Shown here one piece after another: positions 21,558-23,201 of a stretch of 23,201 bases of DNA (its first letter is position 1; each line of letters begins with the position of its first letter). The translations under genes and the position numbers were made by a program. The stretch comes from Octopus sinensis. Lineage: Eukaryota. The stretch is taken from NCBI RefSeq assembly GCF_006345805.1, contig NW_021836611.1:1-23201 (forward strand), read 5' to 3'. The notes beneath the pieces are model-generated. The model did not search any database. It was not told the origin of the DNA and saw nothing but the letters and a program-made list of their open reading frames with translations.

Positions 21558-21779
21558 TTATATATATATATTATATATATATATATATATTATATATATA
21601 TATATATATATGTGTGTTGTGTGTGTGTGTGTGTGTGGTGTGTGTGTATATATGGTAAACCATGAAAAGCACATGAAACCCAGAGAAAAACCAGCAATTG
21701 TTACTCTCTCATCAGTAGATTGTCCTAAACATAAATAAACACAAACCCCACAAAACCAGAAACACACACACAAACACAC

Positions 21780-21812
<33 letters not shown>

Positions 21813-21830
21813 CCCCACCCCAAAAAACAA
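21441..21830. repeat. (TA)n, (TG)n and (CA)n tracts
   Basis: Direct reading. Confidence 0.9.
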
Positions 21831-22179
21831 ATCAGCTCTGCCACCCCTTTCCCACCAATTCTCTTGATCCTTCTTAATATGCTGTGCTAATATTTCACCC
21901 CTTATATATCCTGCCACACCTACAACACTCAAATGGATTCATCCATGTCATTTTTACCTTCTTCAACACATCCACTTTGCCTTAACTTTCAGACCACATC
22001 AAAAAGCTCAGAGTGGTCCTTATATAATTGTACACTTGCTCAACTCCTTGAGTATCCTCTTTAAGGGCTGATTCTATGAACGAAACAAAACTCCATCCTA
22101 TATTTGCATTCTTTCTACTCTCTTGTGTACTCAATTGTTTTTTTTTCTTTCTCTCCATTGGTTTTTGTTTTTGTTGCAA

Positions 22180-22530
22180 ACATACATACATGTATATAAT
22201 GATACATGCATAAATACATGCAATATATAGATCTATATTATTATATATATATATACTATATATATATCAACCCATGCTAGCATGGACAACGGACGCTAAA
22301 TGATGATGATGATGATGAATATATATATATATCATATATTTTGTATGTATATACATACATACATATAAATATATATATACATATATACATGTATATGCAC
22401 ATATATATGTATTTACCTATATAGATACATATATATATACATACAAAAATATATACACATAAATGCATGTATATATGTGTGTGTATGTGTGTGTGTGTAT
22501 ACATATACATAGTCCATACATATAACTGTA
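22180..22530. repeat. (TA)n/(TACA)n/(TG)n tract with a short (GAT)n
   Basis: Direct reading. Confidence 0.9.
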
Positions 22531-23146
22531 CATATATGTATATGTACATAATATTTTTATTTCTCTCTCTTACTCACACACACAACACACACACATAAAT
22601 GAGCACAATTTTTTAAAAGGAAATTGACCCCATGAATCTTCTTATTTTCTCAAAAATAAAGGGTTATATCTCGAGCCCCTTCTCCCCACTTTCCTCTCTC
22701 TCCACCGGAGATATATAATAATAACAAGAAGAACAAGAACAACAATAATAATAATAAATTCACAAACACACACACACACACACTCATATAAAAAACCACA
22801 AACATTAAGGCAATCACTGCTATTTAACCAGCGACTACTGTTCCAGCCATGACTATCCACCCTTTTTCATTCATACATACTGTATCTAGAATTGGCATTG
22901 CCTAATGAATCCTTCCTTTTTTTTTTCAATATTGTAGTATCTAATGTGAGGGATTTTTGACTGCTGTTTCTAGTAAATCATTTGACCATGGTGATATTGC
23001 TTCCTGTGTAATGTTTTGGATTGTGTAACTATTATGCAGACAGTGGTTCCATTAATATAAATCCACCCTTATACCCTGATTTCTCTTGGTGGTTGCCATG
23101 TCCCCTGCACTTATAACCCCAATATTATTTCCTGTGTGTGTGTATT

Positions 23147-23181
<35 letters not shown>

Positions 23182-23201
23182 TTGTGTAAATATATATATA
23201 T

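Noticed and set aside
22640-23140. Fragments resembling transposon ends (GGGTTATATCTCGAGCCCC; CAGTGGTTCC)
   Set aside because: No matching partner terminus or TSD found in the window.

Overview
AT-rich eukaryotic DNA dense in microsatellites and retroposons. The SINE families match those I recognise from octopus (coleoid cephalopod) genomes; this is recognition from memory, not a database result. No host protein-coding gene can be called with confidence: almost all ORFs in the supplied track are translations of (ATT)n, (CAT)n, (CAC)n, (TA)n or (CA)n tracts, so the window is probably intergenic or a large intron. The only recognisable coding sequence is the C-terminal end of a CR1/L2-type LINE ORF2 (8762-8962), nested in a piggyBac-like TTAA MITE. 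About 25 copies of one tRNA-headed SINE family all lie on the + strand, mostly in head-to-tail chains joined by (ATT)n. Most notable signals: three (TA)n-embedded elements with fold-back junctions at or near hammerhead-ribozyme-like motifs (Penelope-like remnants, inferred); microsatellite-dictated insertion polarity; a pri-miRNA-like hairpin; a cluster of RFX X-boxes; a 47-bp Helitron-like element; and a hierarchical satellite. Boundaries of decayed repeats are approximate.
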